DNA from: Bacteroidota bacterium
GTDB taxonomy: Bacteria > Bacteroidota > Bacteroidia > Bacteroidales > Paludibacteraceae
Reading direction: 5' to 3'
Assembly: GCA_017860345.1 (NCBI GenBank)
Contig: JAFNAV010000003.1
Span: 46,106-110,105 of the forward strand
Length of the DNA stretch: 64,000 nucleotides
The notes under the pieces: generated by a model
The model's database searches: none
What the model was told of the DNA's origin: nothing
The model's input: the letters and a program-made list of their open reading frames with translations, nothing else
In this document: positions 1-10,241 of the stretch, in pieces
How the letters are laid out: each line of letters begins with the position of its first letter
Numbering within the stretch: the first letter of the stretch is position 1
Made by a program: the position numbers and the translations under genes

Positions 1-1107
1 ATAAATTTCCTTTTTCATCAGTTTTACATCCGATTGCATCATGTCCTCAATCAAAGCATTTAAGTCATATTCAGGCGTCCACCCTAATTTTGTTCGGGAC
101 TTTGTGGCATCACCAATCAGTAAATCAACTTCAGTAGGACGGAAATAGTTGGCATCTACTTCTACAACAGCATTTTTGATGGAGTAAATAGCCTCAAGAT
201 ATTCAGCACCCACCCGTTCCACAAATAGTCCGTCGTTAATCATTTCAATATATCCTTTTTCATCAACTCCCTCTCCCTTAAAATTGATTTTAATCCCGAT
301 TTCGTGAAAAGCTCTGCGTACAAACTCGCGAACCTCAGTAGTTATTCCTGTGGCAATAACATAATCAGAAGGTTCATCTTGCTGTAAAATCAGGTACATG
401 GCCTGTACGTAATCTTTAGCATGTCCCCAGTCGCGTTTCGATGATAAATTTCCCAGAAACAGCTTTTTCTGTAGTCCCAGAGCAATTCGGGCAGCAGCTC
501 TGGTTATTTTACGAGTCACAAATGTTTCGCCCCTTAACGGAGACTCATGATTAAACAAAATTCCGTTGCTTGCGTGTATTCCATAAGCCTCGCGGTAGTT
601 TACCGTAATCCAGTAGGCGTACATTTTGGCTACAGCGTATGGTGAGCGGGGATAAAAAGGGGTAGTTTCTTTTTGAGGCACTTCCTGTACTAAACCATAC
701 AGTTCAGAAGTTGAAGCCTGATATATCCGGGTTTTCTTAGTCAGATTGAGCAGTCTGATAGCCTCTAAAATGCGTAGAGTACCTATGCCATCGGCATTGG
801 CAGTGTATTCCGGTGTATCGAAGCTCACTTTTACATGGCTCATGGCTGCCAGGTTGTAAATTTCATCTGGCTGAGTTTCCTGAATTACACGTGTCAGATT
901 CATCGAATCAGTCATATCTCCATAGTGTAATATCAAATTTCTGTCGTTCACATGTGGGTCCTGATACAGATGGTCAATTCGGTCGGTGTTAAAAAGCGAC
1001 GACCGGCGTTTTAATCCATGTACAATATATCCTTTCTTTAATAATAATTCGGCCAGATATGCACCATCTTGTCCGGTAATACCGGTAATTAAAGCAACTT
1101 TTTTCAT
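1..1107 (-). CDS. gmd: GDP-mannose 4,6-dehydratase (3' end runs off the window)
   Basis: Manual translation from ATG at 1107: [48 protein letters not shown]..., later [13 protein letters not shown] and [20 protein letters not shown]. Absent from the ORF track because no stop codon lies in the window. Confidence 0.97.
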   Translation of the reverse strand, partial: MKKVALITGITGQDGAYLAELLLKKGYIVHGLKRRSSLFNTDRIDHLYQDPHVNDRNLILHYGDMTDSMNLTRVIQETQPDEIYNLAAMSHVKVSFDTPEYTANADGIGTLRILEAIRLLNLTKKTRIYQASTSELYGLVQEVPQKETTPFYPRSPYAVAKMYAYWITVNYREAYGIHASNGILFNHESPLRGETFVTRKITRAAARIALGLQKKLFLGNLSSKRDWGHAKDYVQAMYLILQQDEPSDYVIATGITTEVREFVRRAFHEIGIKINFKGEGVDEKGYIEMINDGLFVERVGAEYLEAIYSIKNAVVEVDANYFRPTEVDLLIGDATKSRTKLGWTPEYDLNALIEDMMQSDVKLMKKEIY

Positions 1108-1273
1108 TTATAATTTGATGTTTTTTTTAAAGTATTCTGTAGCTAATCAGGATATAAACCTTCAATTAACTACGCTGAAGCTGTTTTACTATAGCCATCT
1201 TTTAAGTCCAACCAATATCGGGTCAATTATTTGGGAATTGACAAGTGAAATATGAATTAAAAAAGACGGTTGA

Positions 1274-1378
1274 CTAAAAGTTAAAACTAAAAATTGCTCC
1301 AATGACCAGTAGTATGAAAGCTATAACCAGAGTTATAAATAATGTCCACTGAATAAAATTCTTAATCTTAGTACGCAT
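1274..1378 (-). CDS. Putative 34-aa single-transmembrane microprotein
   Basis: Manual translation MRTKIKNFIQWTLFITLVIAFILLVIGAIFSFNF*: basic N-terminus plus one hydrophobic helix. It starts 17 nt after the upstream small ORF on the same strand. Confidence 0.5.
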   Translation of the reverse strand: MRTKIKNFIQWTLFITLVIAFILLVIGAIFSFNF

Positions 1379-1395
1379 GCTGTATGAATTTTTTT

Positions 1396-1581
1396 TTATG
1401 AATATCCTGGTTTATTGTCTGAAAAGTATTGTTTCTTTATTTTCTCTCTATCCTTTAATGCGTTATCAAAAATATCTTTGTACGATTGGGCATGTTTGCC
1501 GGCTTTTATCAAGAATATTATTGAGCATAAAACAACAAGCGATATAATGGCTGCTATACATACTAATATATTGATTATCAT
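1396..1581 (-). CDS. Putative 61-aa membrane-anchored microprotein
   Basis: MIINILVCIAAIISLVVLCSIIFLIKAGKHAQSYKDIFDNALKDREKIKKQYFSDNKPGYS: N-terminal TM helix and charged tail. The ORF track gives an alternative start at 1626. Confidence 0.55.
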   Translation of the reverse strand: MIINILVCIAAIISLVVLCSIIFLIKAGKHAQSYKDIFDNALKDREKIKKQYFSDNKPGYS

Positions 1582-1767
1582 AATATAATAATAATGATGT
1601 GTAAATATAAATACACATGTATGCACTCAACTGTTAATTAGTAAATCAACTCCCAAAGGTGTTATCAGCTCTAAACAAATATGATATGTATTGCTTATCT
1701 CCCCAAAGAATCTTTCGGCACTGATTTTAAAAATTACTCATCCTGTTCAGATACTAAATATTTCATA

Positions 1768-1824
1768 CAAAAGTAGGAGTGTTGTATGTTTAATAAGTAC
1801 GCTGATTTGAGACAATTTGAGGAC
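1768..1824 (-). promoter_or_regulatory. Promoter for microproteins/gmd: -7 element TACTTTTG plus upstream box GTCCTCAAATTGTC
   Basis: caaaagta at 1768-1775 is TAnnTTTG on the minus strand. Box at 1811-1824, 35-nt gap. Confidence 0.75.
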
Positions 1825-2000
1825 GAAAAGCCATCGTGAATTGCTTTCGTGTTATGTCATAATTGGTGTTTCGTTCTATCCTGTTTTTAATTTTTCGGCA
1901 AACTATACTCATCTTCTTCTTTCTACACTCAACTCAGTTCGATTATTATTTTAAGGTATTTGCTAAGGGTAGGTCCAGTGTAGTCAATATGGGGTCTATT

Positions 2001-2056
2001 GTCCTCAATATGTCACATTTACGCTCAAAACCGTGATTTGTATCAAGGTATTTTTG
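2001..2056 (+). promoter_or_regulatory. Promoter for wecG: box GTCCTCAATATGTC plus -7 element TATTTTTG
   Basis: Box at 2001-2014, TAnnTTTG at 2049-2056, 34-nt gap. Confidence 0.75.
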
Positions 2057-2100
2057 TATAGGTATACATCAGAAGGTATAAACTTATACAAGATTAAAAA

Positions 2101-2880
2101 ATGCTAAATAATTTCAACTTATTCAGTAGTGATCTTACAAATTTGCCAACAACAAATTTGCTGATTACAACATTAAATGCGCATTCCTATAACGTGTCTC
2201 AATCTGACATTGCTTTTGAAAACGCATTAAAAAAAAGTGACATTCTACTCCCCGATGGGATAAGCGTTGTTTGGGCCAAAAAGTACTTATCGAAACATGC
2301 TGATGCAGCAAGGCTTAAGAAAATAGCCGGGCAGGATTTGTTTAGTTACGAAATGGAGCGTGTAAATAAATTAAAAGGGAAGGTTTTTTTTCTAGGAAGT
2401 ACTAACAAGGTGCTGGACGCCATAAGAGCTAAGGCGAAGACTGAATATCCTGATTTAGAAGTGTATACGTATTCGCCGCCTTATAAGCCGGAATTTTCCG
2501 AAGCGGATACCTTAAGTATTATCAGTGCAATTAACGAAGTAAAGCCAGATGTGCTTTTTGTAGGTATGACAGCGCCTAAACAAGAAAAATTTGCTTATCA
2601 GCTAATGCGTAACGACGAAATTCAGATAAATAATTGCCATGTTTGTTGCATTGGCGCGGTGTTCGATTTCTATGCCGGAACCGTAAGGCGAGCGCCTAAG
2701 TGGGTTATCAATATAGGGTTGGAATGGCTTTACAGGTTAGTAAGTGAACCCAAAAGGCTTTGGAAGCGATATCTTATAGGAAATACAAAATTCATTATTT
2801 ATGTAATTATCGAAAAGATTCTAAATTATTTGTCGGGTAATGCCCGCATACCGGAGTTTTACAAATCGCAGAATGCCTGA
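2101..2880 (+). CDS. wecG: WecB/TagA/CpsF (GT26) glycosyltransferase
   Basis: Motifs TLNAHS, LLPDGISVVWA, FVGMTAPKQE, IGAVFDFYAG, RRAP and GLEWLYRLVSEPKRLWKRY. Confidence 0.92.
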   Translation: MLNNFNLFSSDLTNLPTTNLLITTLNAHSYNVSQSDIAFENALKKSDILLPDGISVVWAKKYLSKHADAARLKKIAGQDLFSYEMERVNKLKGKVFFLGSTNKVLDAIRAKAKTEYPDLEVYTYSPPYKPEFSEADTLSIISAINEVKPDVLFVGMTAPKQEKFAYQLMRNDEIQINNCHVCCIGAVFDFYAGTVRRAPKWVINIGLEWLYRLVSEPKRLWKRYLIGNTKFIIYVIIEKILNYLSGNARIPEFYKSQNA

Positions 2881-2903
2881 TAATGCGTTCTGCATAAAAA
2901 GCA

Positions 2904-2939
2904 ACAAAGAGTTAACAGATATTCCTGATAACTCTTTGT
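2904..2939. terminator. Probable bidirectional terminator hairpin
   Basis: acaaagagtta...taactctttgt 11-bp inverted repeat between convergent genes, with A-rich left and T-rich right flanks. A second hairpin lies at 2868-2893. Confidence 0.6.
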
Positions 2940-2979
2940 AGTTTTATGTGAAGTTTTTCTTTTTTATATATATTCGGGC

Positions 2980-4215
2980 TTACATATTTTTGTGGATGCG
3001 TTGATACAAATTGCTCATTAGTATTGCTTTAGTGTGCCATGAGAGCTTTTCCTGATGGGCTTTGCAATTTTGGGATAGTTTTTTGAGATACTCCCGGTTC
3101 GATTCTAAGAAATTTAACTCCCGGGCAAACTCAGCAGCTGACTTCCCGGGGTTTGACAGGCTGATTTTACGTCCCACCTGATTGTCAATTACAGCGCCAA
3201 AGCCGCAAGCATCGAAACAAAGTACCGGAAGTCTGTTGCTGATGGCTTCAAGTACTACGGTAGATGTTTCTTCGCTTACACTGGTAAAAAAGAATAGTTG
3301 TGCTTTTTGCATGGCTTTTTGAATTTCTTCATTGGGAAGTGCTCCATGCCATACGACCTGAGTTTCTATATTTAAACATTTAGCTAACTGTCGAGCGCCA
3401 TTCTCTTGCTGCTCATTTCCTGCACCACATACATTGAGTACAATATTGCGATTATTGGCCTGAGCCAGGGACTTTAAGGCCAAAGTCAATTGCTTTCTAA
3501 AATCAAATTTCCCGACCCAAACTACATGAAACTCCTGACTGTCAAATCGGTTTGTTGGCAGGTCTTCAGTAATAAAACATCCTGTTTCAGGAATCCATTC
3601 AGATTCCAATCCTTTGTGTTTTTTTAAAGCCCGATGGGAGTCGGGGATAGAGCTAATTAGTAAATCGGCACGTTTTAGCGCTTGGTTTACTCGCTGGTCG
3701 TACTTAAGCTGGCAGATATTAATGATGTTTTTCAATTGGTTAAACAGCTTCATTTTCAATCCTGCACCTTTCAAATAGGCTATTGGAAACTGCTTTAATC
3801 CACCTATTGGTCCCCATACGAAAGGTATGTTTTCGATTTTCCATAAATAACCCGGCTCGCGAAACCCAACCATATTAAGTTGATGAATAATATCAATTCC
3901 CTCTTTAGCAACAATTACTTTGGCTATCTCCAGTGTTGATTTTTGCCAGTTTTTATAATGTTTATAAAACCGCCAATCGCCCTGATTCCAGCACATTTTA
4001 CGAATTTCCGGCGAAAGGGGATTGTAATAGAAATACATATTCTTCCCCTGGGGCAATGCAGGTAATGCGGCTTCAATATTTTCTCTGAATTCACCTTCGG
4101 TAATTATATGCAATTCACAGTATTGGGCTATATGTACGCACCAGTTCCAGCCCATGCCGGGCTCGCTACCCGTATGGGGCGAGCAGGCGTAAGCGTTTAC
4201 GAGGATTTTAAGCAT
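2980..4215 (-). CDS. Glycosyltransferase family 4 (GT-B)
   Basis: NAYACSPHTGSEPGMGWNW N-terminus and FTSVSEETSTVVLEAIS (EX7E) motif. Confidence 0.9.
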   Translation of the reverse strand: MLKILVNAYACSPHTGSEPGMGWNWCVHIAQYCELHIITEGEFRENIEAALPALPQGKNMYFYYNPLSPEIRKMCWNQGDWRFYKHYKNWQKSTLEIAKVIVAKEGIDIIHQLNMVGFREPGYLWKIENIPFVWGPIGGLKQFPIAYLKGAGLKMKLFNQLKNIINICQLKYDQRVNQALKRADLLISSIPDSHRALKKHKGLESEWIPETGCFITEDLPTNRFDSQEFHVVWVGKFDFRKQLTLALKSLAQANNRNIVLNVCGAGNEQQENGARQLAKCLNIETQVVWHGALPNEEIQKAMQKAQLFFFTSVSEETSTVVLEAISNRLPVLCFDACGFGAVIDNQVGRKISLSNPGKSAAEFARELNFLESNREYLKKLSQNCKAHQEKLSWHTKAILMSNLYQRIHKNM

Positions 4216-4221
4216 TACTTA

Positions 4222-5214
4222 TTAAAATTTTTCAACTATCTCATTTTCTATTGGAATGAGATTGTTCGTTAAGGTCTTTATTTCCTCTATATACCTTATC
4301 ATTTCATCGGTACCTTGCCCTCTGTTTACCAGGCAGTTCATTGTTTTATTGGAGAATGGCTGAATATCGTATTTCAAATTTAATCTCTTAATTATAATGT
4401 CATTTATCCATTTTCTATTGAGAGGAGCCTCTCTCCTTAAAATCTTCCACTTATAATTAAGTAGATAAAATAATGTTGACATAATATAGATATATTTATC
4501 TCTATTGCCCAACGCTCGATAAATTGAACCAGAAAACATACTGCCTAAATTGGGAAATTGAAAATCCTGATATTTGTGTCTTTTTGAATGATATATTTCC
4601 ATCTTATTTTCAATTATAGATACGTTGCCTAAGCTCGCCCGAAACCAGGCCTTTGTAATAATTCCGCTTAATTCTCCTGACTTTAAAGCAGAATTTCTTT
4701 TTTTTAATTTTAATTGTTCAACGCTATATTCTTGAATAGCTCCAGTTAGATCAACAAATTCAACAGCCTTCAATACATTCTTTATTTCGTATCCATAAGC
4801 TCCTGCATTCATAAATACAGCTCCGCCAACAGTTCCTGGAATTCCTTCCAATCCTTCCAAACCAGTTATTGAATGATACAAAGCATACCTGGATATATCA
4901 GGTAACATATGCCCACTACCTGCTATAAATTCAGCATCATCCACAAGCTTTAATTCTTTCAAACCTGCAGTGGTAAGAAAACAACTATAATCCACATCAT
5001 CCAGAAACAATAGATTAGAAGTAGCTCCTATTACTTTAAATTTAATATTTTGTGAGTATAAAAATGCCACACATTTAGAAACTTCCTCCGACGAAGCAGG
5101 CTCAATTAAGACAAAAACCTTACCTCCTGTTTTCATATAAGAAAATTCCGAAAGTTCTATATCTAATGAATGCTTAACACCATTTTCGTTGAGCCAACCT
5201 GTCAATAATTCCAT
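4222..5214 (-). CDS. MurB-like FAD oxidoreductase (enolpyruvyl-sugar reductase paralogue) inside the polysaccharide operon
   Basis: Motifs MKTGG, IGATSNLL, GLEGLEGIPGTVGGAVFMNAGAYG, KRNS, PNLGSMF, SNKTMNCLVN and a C-terminal ENE. Confidence 0.88.
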   Translation of the reverse strand: MELLTGWLNENGVKHSLDIELSEFSYMKTGGKVFVLIEPASSEEVSKCVAFLYSQNIKFKVIGATSNLLFLDDVDYSCFLTTAGLKELKLVDDAEFIAGSGHMLPDISRYALYHSITGLEGLEGIPGTVGGAVFMNAGAYGYEIKNVLKAVEFVDLTGAIQEYSVEQLKLKKRNSALKSGELSGIITKAWFRASLGNVSIIENKMEIYHSKRHKYQDFQFPNLGSMFSGSIYRALGNRDKYIYIMSTLFYLLNYKWKILRREAPLNRKWINDIIIKRLNLKYDIQPFSNKTMNCLVNRGQGTDEMIRYIEEIKTLTNNLIPIENEIVEKF

Positions 5215-5222
5215 ACTTCGTT

Positions 5223-6386
5223 CTATTTAATTTTATCAAGTAAATATTTTATCGAGTTTTCCTTTTCATAGGAGAGACAATTATTTGAGTTTGAAAAATC
5301 AGAGAATATCCAATCTTCGCTAAATATACGTTCAGGTGCCACATCTTCCCAGACAATACGATTACCAAGACCAACCAGGGTTAAAAAATTAAGCATCCTG
5401 GAATTATTAGCCTTGCCTTTCTTTAATACTGTTACAAAAGGGACATTAAAGTTTACCGAAAAAGCTGTCCCATGAAAGGAATTGGTGGCAACAAAAGATG
5501 CCTTGCTAAATAATTCGATAAATTGAGATGGCCCTGCATCCTCGATATTAATTATATCGGGATATTTTTTGTTTGCAAAGGCTCGCTTGCAAATCATCAC
5601 TATCTGTAGCCCGCGTTTTTGTTTCAGGTGATACGCCCAATTAATGATTGCATCGGTATCATGCAGCATGTAAATCAATACGTATTTTTCGGGTAAAGGC
5701 TGAGGCTTGTCAATCACGTTGCACCATTCGTCTTTGGTCAACAATAAGGTAGGATCAAGCACCCTTGTTGCTTCCCGATCAGAAATCTGCTTGACCAACG
5801 CAACCCCATCTTCCTCTCTGACAGCTATCGATTCCAGATTAGAAAAATAACGTTTATAGGCTTCATGGTATTTAACATCTATAGAAGATACTCCGAAGCT
5901 CGAAGCATAGGACATTCTTAGTTTGTCTTTAGGGGCAAATTCTAAAAAATATGGTGATAATGAGGTGCCTGTAGCTGGATTCCATACCTGATCGCTACCT
6001 ACTATAAAGACATCATAAGGATGGGGAGCATTGTTAAGCTCAGTTAAGCTTCTGTATTGGTTAGAAAAACGAACATGACTCAGGTGAAAGCTTTCAAAAT
6101 TCTGAAGTCTATTTCTTATTGATTTAGAAAACAGAGAGACAAAATCGTCCAATATTGGTGTCGCGATGCGATAAAGTAAATATTTTTTGAGTTGCTCTTT
6201 CGGGCTAAATTGCACCAACGGCTTAGAACCTGAAGTTTGTTTGTAATTTTTATGCTTATAATACAGATAGTCTATGATTTCTGCATTATAACCAAGAAGC
6301 TGTAGTTTTTTTTGCAAAGCATAGGCTTGCAGTTCGGCGCCAAAATTGTAAGTGCGGGATACAGTGATGATACCAATTTTTTTCAT
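5223..6386 (-). CDS. Polysaccharide pyruvyltransferase family protein
   Basis: Motifs NFGAELQAYAL, VGSDQVWNP, SYASSFG, AVRE, DPTLLL and TNSFHGTAFS. Confidence 0.9.
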   Translation of the reverse strand: MKKIGIITVSRTYNFGAELQAYALQKKLQLLGYNAEIIDYLYYKHKNYKQTSGSKPLVQFSPKEQLKKYLLYRIATPILDDFVSLFSKSIRNRLQNFESFHLSHVRFSNQYRSLTELNNAPHPYDVFIVGSDQVWNPATGTSLSPYFLEFAPKDKLRMSYASSFGVSSIDVKYHEAYKRYFSNLESIAVREEDGVALVKQISDREATRVLDPTLLLTKDEWCNVIDKPQPLPEKYVLIYMLHDTDAIINWAYHLKQKRGLQIVMICKRAFANKKYPDIINIEDAGPSQFIELFSKASFVATNSFHGTAFSVNFNVPFVTVLKKGKANNSRMLNFLTLVGLGNRIVWEDVAPERIFSEDWIFSDFSNSNNCLSYEKENSIKYLLDKIK

Positions 6387-7429
6387 CTTCCAATCTGATT
6401 ATAAATCATACCAATATTCTTGTTGATAACGTCAATATTAAATTCTGTTATTACAAGCTTGTCTGTTTCGTATACAAATCGGGTTCTTACTTCCGCTGAT
6501 GACATCAGTATGGAAAGTTTTTCTGAAAGTGCTTCCGTGTCGTAAGCATCAAAGATAAAACCATTGACACCATCTGCTAATAATTCAGGAATACCTCCAA
6601 CAGGAGTAGTTACCACAGGAATTCCGTAAGCCATTGCATCCAATACTCCCATAGGAAAGCCTTCGCCCCAACTTGGCAAACAGTAAACCGATGCGCTTTG
6701 AAAGATATGCTCTTTGGCAGTGCCTGCTACCCACCCTAAAAACTCCACCTGAGATTCGATGCCACATTCCAAAGCAAGATGCTTGGCTTTGTCTATTTCG
6801 CCATTACCTGCAAATACAACCTTCCAGTCTTGGTACTCTGGTGCAATTTTGCTAAATGCTTCAATCAACCGGTCGTATCCTTTACGGTCATTCAAAGTAC
6901 CGGCATACAAGATGATATTCTCTTTTGCATCGGAACTACGAACCACCTTAGGACACGGATTATACACAACCTTAAACTTAAATTGATTGTTTGGATACGC
7001 TTCATTAATCCAGTTTTCCCACTGATGTGAAAGAACAATTAATAGATCTGAATAGCAAAATAATTTGAATATCTTTCCGGAGAATTCCTTCTGAAACAAG
7101 TGCTTCTCAGTTGCCGGATGAAAATGAATGATGATTTTTCGTCGAAAGAATTTAGCCAGTTTTGCAAATATGATTTTGCGATCAACGGAAGTCCTCAGTC
7201 CGGCATGGATATGTACAATATCATAAAAAGGGAGTAATGTTATAAATAAGAATAGTGAGCTTACCAAATACCTCATTTTTATAAATGAATTTCCATCGCG
7301 ATGTGTCTCAATCCATTTGCAATGATATTTTCGCCATTGCTCTCCGGTTTCATGGGCTTTCACCACTGAAGTGATTCCACCGCGAGTTTTACGGGAGGTG
7401 GCAACAACCAATACCTTAGGATTTTTCAT
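6383..7429 (-). CDS. Glycosyltransferase family 4
   Basis: Motifs RGGITSV, RKGYDRLIEA and LPSWGEGFPMGVLDAMAYGIPVVTTPVGGIPE. Confidence 0.92.
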   Translation of the reverse strand: MKNPKVLVVATSRKTRGGITSVVKAHETGEQWRKYHCKWIETHRDGNSFIKMRYLVSSLFLFITLLPFYDIVHIHAGLRTSVDRKIIFAKLAKFFRRKIIIHFHPATEKHLFQKEFSGKIFKLFCYSDLLIVLSHQWENWINEAYPNNQFKFKVVYNPCPKVVRSSDAKENIILYAGTLNDRKGYDRLIEAFSKIAPEYQDWKVVFAGNGEIDKAKHLALECGIESQVEFLGWVAGTAKEHIFQSASVYCLPSWGEGFPMGVLDAMAYGIPVVTTPVGGIPELLADGVNGFIFDAYDTEALSEKLSILMSSAEVRTRFVYETDKLVITEFNIDVINKNIGMIYNQIGR

Positions 7430-8604
7430 TTTTGCGTATGAAGTTTTAAACTGTTTTTTAAAAATTCATAGGACTCGTCTCTTAGTTCGCGAAGTTTCTT
7501 GGCAACAATGGAGTAGTCAATCTCTTGCGATATCTCGTTATAAATATCTTGTCCGAATTTCCGATTATCCAAACCAAATATATTTAACAGGCTGTCGATT
7601 CTGGAATGCGTGGAGCCCGAGTTGGATGGTTTAACCCGATAGAAGGATATAAACTTACGCTCCATTAAAATTGAAAATACGGTACCATGAAACGAATCGG
7701 TGCATACGTATTCGGCTTTAGATATGAGCTTTACAAAGTCTTTCGGGTCGACGTTGTAAGGAGCAAAATCACCAATTTCCTCGTCAGCAGCAATGTACTC
7801 GTCCATGTGGCGCAGAAATACAACTTTATGTCCGGTCTTTTCCTTTAGCGTTTGCACTTCTTTTCTTATATCTTTTCGTGTACCCAGTAAATAACAAAAG
7901 ATGTAGGGCTCGTCTATATTAAAGGTGGAACTATGAGCAAATGATAACCACTCTTCTTTGGTCAATAATATCGTGGGGTCGGCTACTACCGACGCATTTT
8001 TATCAGACAAGGTATCTACAATTTTTTTTGCCTGATACTCTCGTACTCCTATGGCATCAAGTCGGTTCAGATACTTTTTTGTTCCGCTAATCTGATGTTT
8101 GGGTATCGACGATACTCCAAAACTGGACGCATATGCAATTTTTGGAACGGCATCATCTACAAAAATCAAATTCCAGTAATTGCTGTAAAACCCGAATGGT
8201 CTCCAAACCTGATCACTCCCTACCATAACTAAATCATAATTCCGGGAGCCTGCTTTCAAATCATCATAACCATTGTAGTGCCGAAAATACGGAACAAAAT
8301 ATTTTGTTTTAAAAGCATTGTTAGCCTCAGTTCTTAAGCTCTGTTTTTTTGAATAATCGGGTTTTAATTTTTTGATAATAATACTTTTGTATTTTGAGGT
8401 GATTAACTCCAGACCACCACTAAGCAGCAATCCTGGCCCAATTTTCAGCCAATCAAAAACATTCCTTTGTTTGTTATATTTTATAAACTCAAAGTCGTAA
8501 CCCAGGTTCTGAACTTTTACAAGCGTTGCATAAGCTTGCAATGACGAACCATAATTATTATGATTCATATATGATACAATTACTCCACCAATCTTTTTTT
8601 TCAT
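7426..8604 (-). CDS. Polysaccharide pyruvyltransferase family protein
   Basis: Motifs NYGSSLQAYA, VGSDQVW, AYASSFG, GVRE, DPTILL and TDSFHGTVFS. Confidence 0.9.
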   Translation of the reverse strand: MKKKIGGVIVSYMNHNNYGSSLQAYATLVKVQNLGYDFEFIKYNKQRNVFDWLKIGPGLLLSGGLELITSKYKSIIIKKLKPDYSKKQSLRTEANNAFKTKYFVPYFRHYNGYDDLKAGSRNYDLVMVGSDQVWRPFGFYSNYWNLIFVDDAVPKIAYASSFGVSSIPKHQISGTKKYLNRLDAIGVREYQAKKIVDTLSDKNASVVADPTILLTKEEWLSFAHSSTFNIDEPYIFCYLLGTRKDIRKEVQTLKEKTGHKVVFLRHMDEYIAADEEIGDFAPYNVDPKDFVKLISKAEYVCTDSFHGTVFSILMERKFISFYRVKPSNSGSTHSRIDSLLNIFGLDNRKFGQDIYNEISQEIDYSIVAKKLRELRDESYEFLKNSLKLHTQK

Positions 8605-8630
8605 ATACCAAGCGTATTCAAATTATGTAT

Positions 8631-9671
8631 TTATTTTAACCTTTTGTTTAGTTTGACGATTAATATCAACAAATCAACAATCCGATATTTTAAAGCAATG
8701 AGATAAAGTTTTTTTTTGAAAGTATAATCTTGCAATGGAAGAGATGTAATGGCTCCTCTTAATATGTCGGTTTTTAGTTCTTTGGCTATCTTATTTCTAA
8801 GTTTAAAGTAAGAATACCTCAACTGTTCAATTTCATAATTCAGTATTATTTTGTATAAATGTACTATCTGGCACTGATAGTAATAATTGAAAAACTGTGG
8901 TAAAAGATATTTTTTAAGATGACCTTCTAAAGCATGAATCGCGGCTGTTAGTCGCTTGTATTTCTGTTCAGAATATGTTTTTGAAATTGAAGTTGAATTG
9001 TAGAAATAATAGTGGAGGTTCTGTGGTATAAAACCCACTTGTACGGCTTTGCTCAAATAGTCAATATGAAAAAACAAATCCTCAGATGCAATTAGCTTTT
9101 CAGAGTTGAAACGGATGCTGTTTGTGTTAATTATACGGGTGCTGTAAATGGCTTTCCAAACGGAAATCATATACGAGTCGTCAGATGTTATAGACATATC
9201 TGCACCTAACATGTTCATCATAAAGTTATTAATGGCATGTCGTCCGCTGAAAATGCGTTCTTCTTTACATTCGTTCACCGGTACAATCTGGTTTGCTGAA
9301 TAATATAAGTTAGAACTGCAAAAGCAGGTATCAAGCTTATTTTTTTTTAAAAAAGTGTACAGTTTTTCGTACATCGTCACATCTACAAAGTCATCAGAAT
9401 CCAGAAATGCCACGTACTCTCCGGTTACAAGCTCCAATCCACTATTCCTTGCAAAACCAAGTCCTCCGTTCTTTTTATGAATAACTTTCACCCGGTTATC
9501 TTGCTTGGCGTATTCGTCGCACATGGCAGGACAATTATCCGGCGATTCGTCATCTACCATGATAATCTCAATGTCCTTTAATGTTTGATTGAGCAGAGAC
9601 TGCATACAGCGGTCTAAATACTTCTCAACATTGTATATGGGTACTATTATGCTAACTTTCGGCTGATTCAT
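8631..9671 (-). CDS. Glycosyltransferase family 2
   Basis: Motifs VSIIVPIYNVEKYL, VDDESPD, NGGLGFARN, FLDSDD and SED. Confidence 0.93.
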   Translation of the reverse strand: MNQPKVSIIVPIYNVEKYLDRCMQSLLNQTLKDIEIIMVDDESPDNCPAMCDEYAKQDNRVKVIHKKNGGLGFARNSGLELVTGEYVAFLDSDDFVDVTMYEKLYTFLKKNKLDTCFCSSNLYYSANQIVPVNECKEERIFSGRHAINNFMMNMLGADMSITSDDSYMISVWKAIYSTRIINTNSIRFNSEKLIASEDLFFHIDYLSKAVQVGFIPQNLHYYFYNSTSISKTYSEQKYKRLTAAIHALEGHLKKYLLPQFFNYYYQCQIVHLYKIILNYEIEQLRYSYFKLRNKIAKELKTDILRGAITSLPLQDYTFKKKLYLIALKYRIVDLLILIVKLNKRLK

Positions 9672-9674
9672 GAT

Positions 9675-10241
9675 TTACTTAATTTTTTTTGCTGGTACAC
9701 CACCTATTGTAATTCCTTCTTCCAAAAAAGAATGAACAACAACAGCGCCTGCGGCTATTTTGATATTATTGGCTATGGTTACATTGCCTAAAACTTTGGC
9801 ACCTACTCCCAATGATACATTGTCGCCAATGGTGGGACAACCGTTTGTAATGCCATTATTCCCGATGCAGTTGTTGCCATGCAGATGGCAATCTTTGCCA
9901 ATATGACTTCCTCCATTTACTACATTGTTGAAATGGTAAATAAGAAAGCCCGGTTTAATGTTTGCAGTCGTCATTTCAAGGCCTAATCTTTCTCCAAGTC
10001 GGTTTTTTCTGCATATGCAGCAGAAATACAGAATTGAGCTTATAAAATCTGGTTTTTGAGCCATTTTATAATGATAGAAATCTGTTTTTCTTGATAAAAC
10101 TAAAAAGCTTAAAATCATTCGGGCAGGCTCTCTTTTTAATCTTGATATAAAATATCTTGATTTTGAATTGAACATGTATTTAGCGTAAATCTCACGTTCA
10201 TATTGAATACATGCTTTTAGTTCGTTTTTTGTTTTAAGCAT
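9675..10241 (-). CDS. Hexapeptide-repeat (LbH) O-acetyltransferase, serine-acetyltransferase-like
   Basis: PTIGDNVSLGVGAKVLGNVTIANNIKIAAGAVVVHSF...GGVPAK; located in the glycan operon. Confidence 0.85.
   Translation of the reverse strand: MLKTKNELKACIQYEREIYAKYMFNSKSRYFISRLKREPARMILSFLVLSRKTDFYHYKMAQKPDFISSILYFCCICRKNRLGERLGLEMTTANIKPGFLIYHFNNVVNGGSHIGKDCHLHGNNCIGNNGITNGCPTIGDNVSLGVGAKVLGNVTIANNIKIAAGAVVVHSFLEEGITIGGVPAKKIK

Noticed and set aside
986-1255. 89-aa plus-strand ORF
   Set aside because: Antisense shadow of the gmd 5' end with no recognisable motifs.
1811-2014. Inverted box pairs ~200 bp apart (also 20175-20392) as invertible phase-variable promoters
   Set aside because: The repeats are imperfect, the -7 elements lie outside the would-be invertible segment, each box is at a fixed distance from its own promoter, and no recombinase is nearby. 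Oriented activator sites fit better.
2229-9360. A8/T8 homopolymer runs in glycosyltransferase genes as phase-variation tracts
   Set aside because: The runs are short, expected in AT-rich DNA, and all reading frames are intact.
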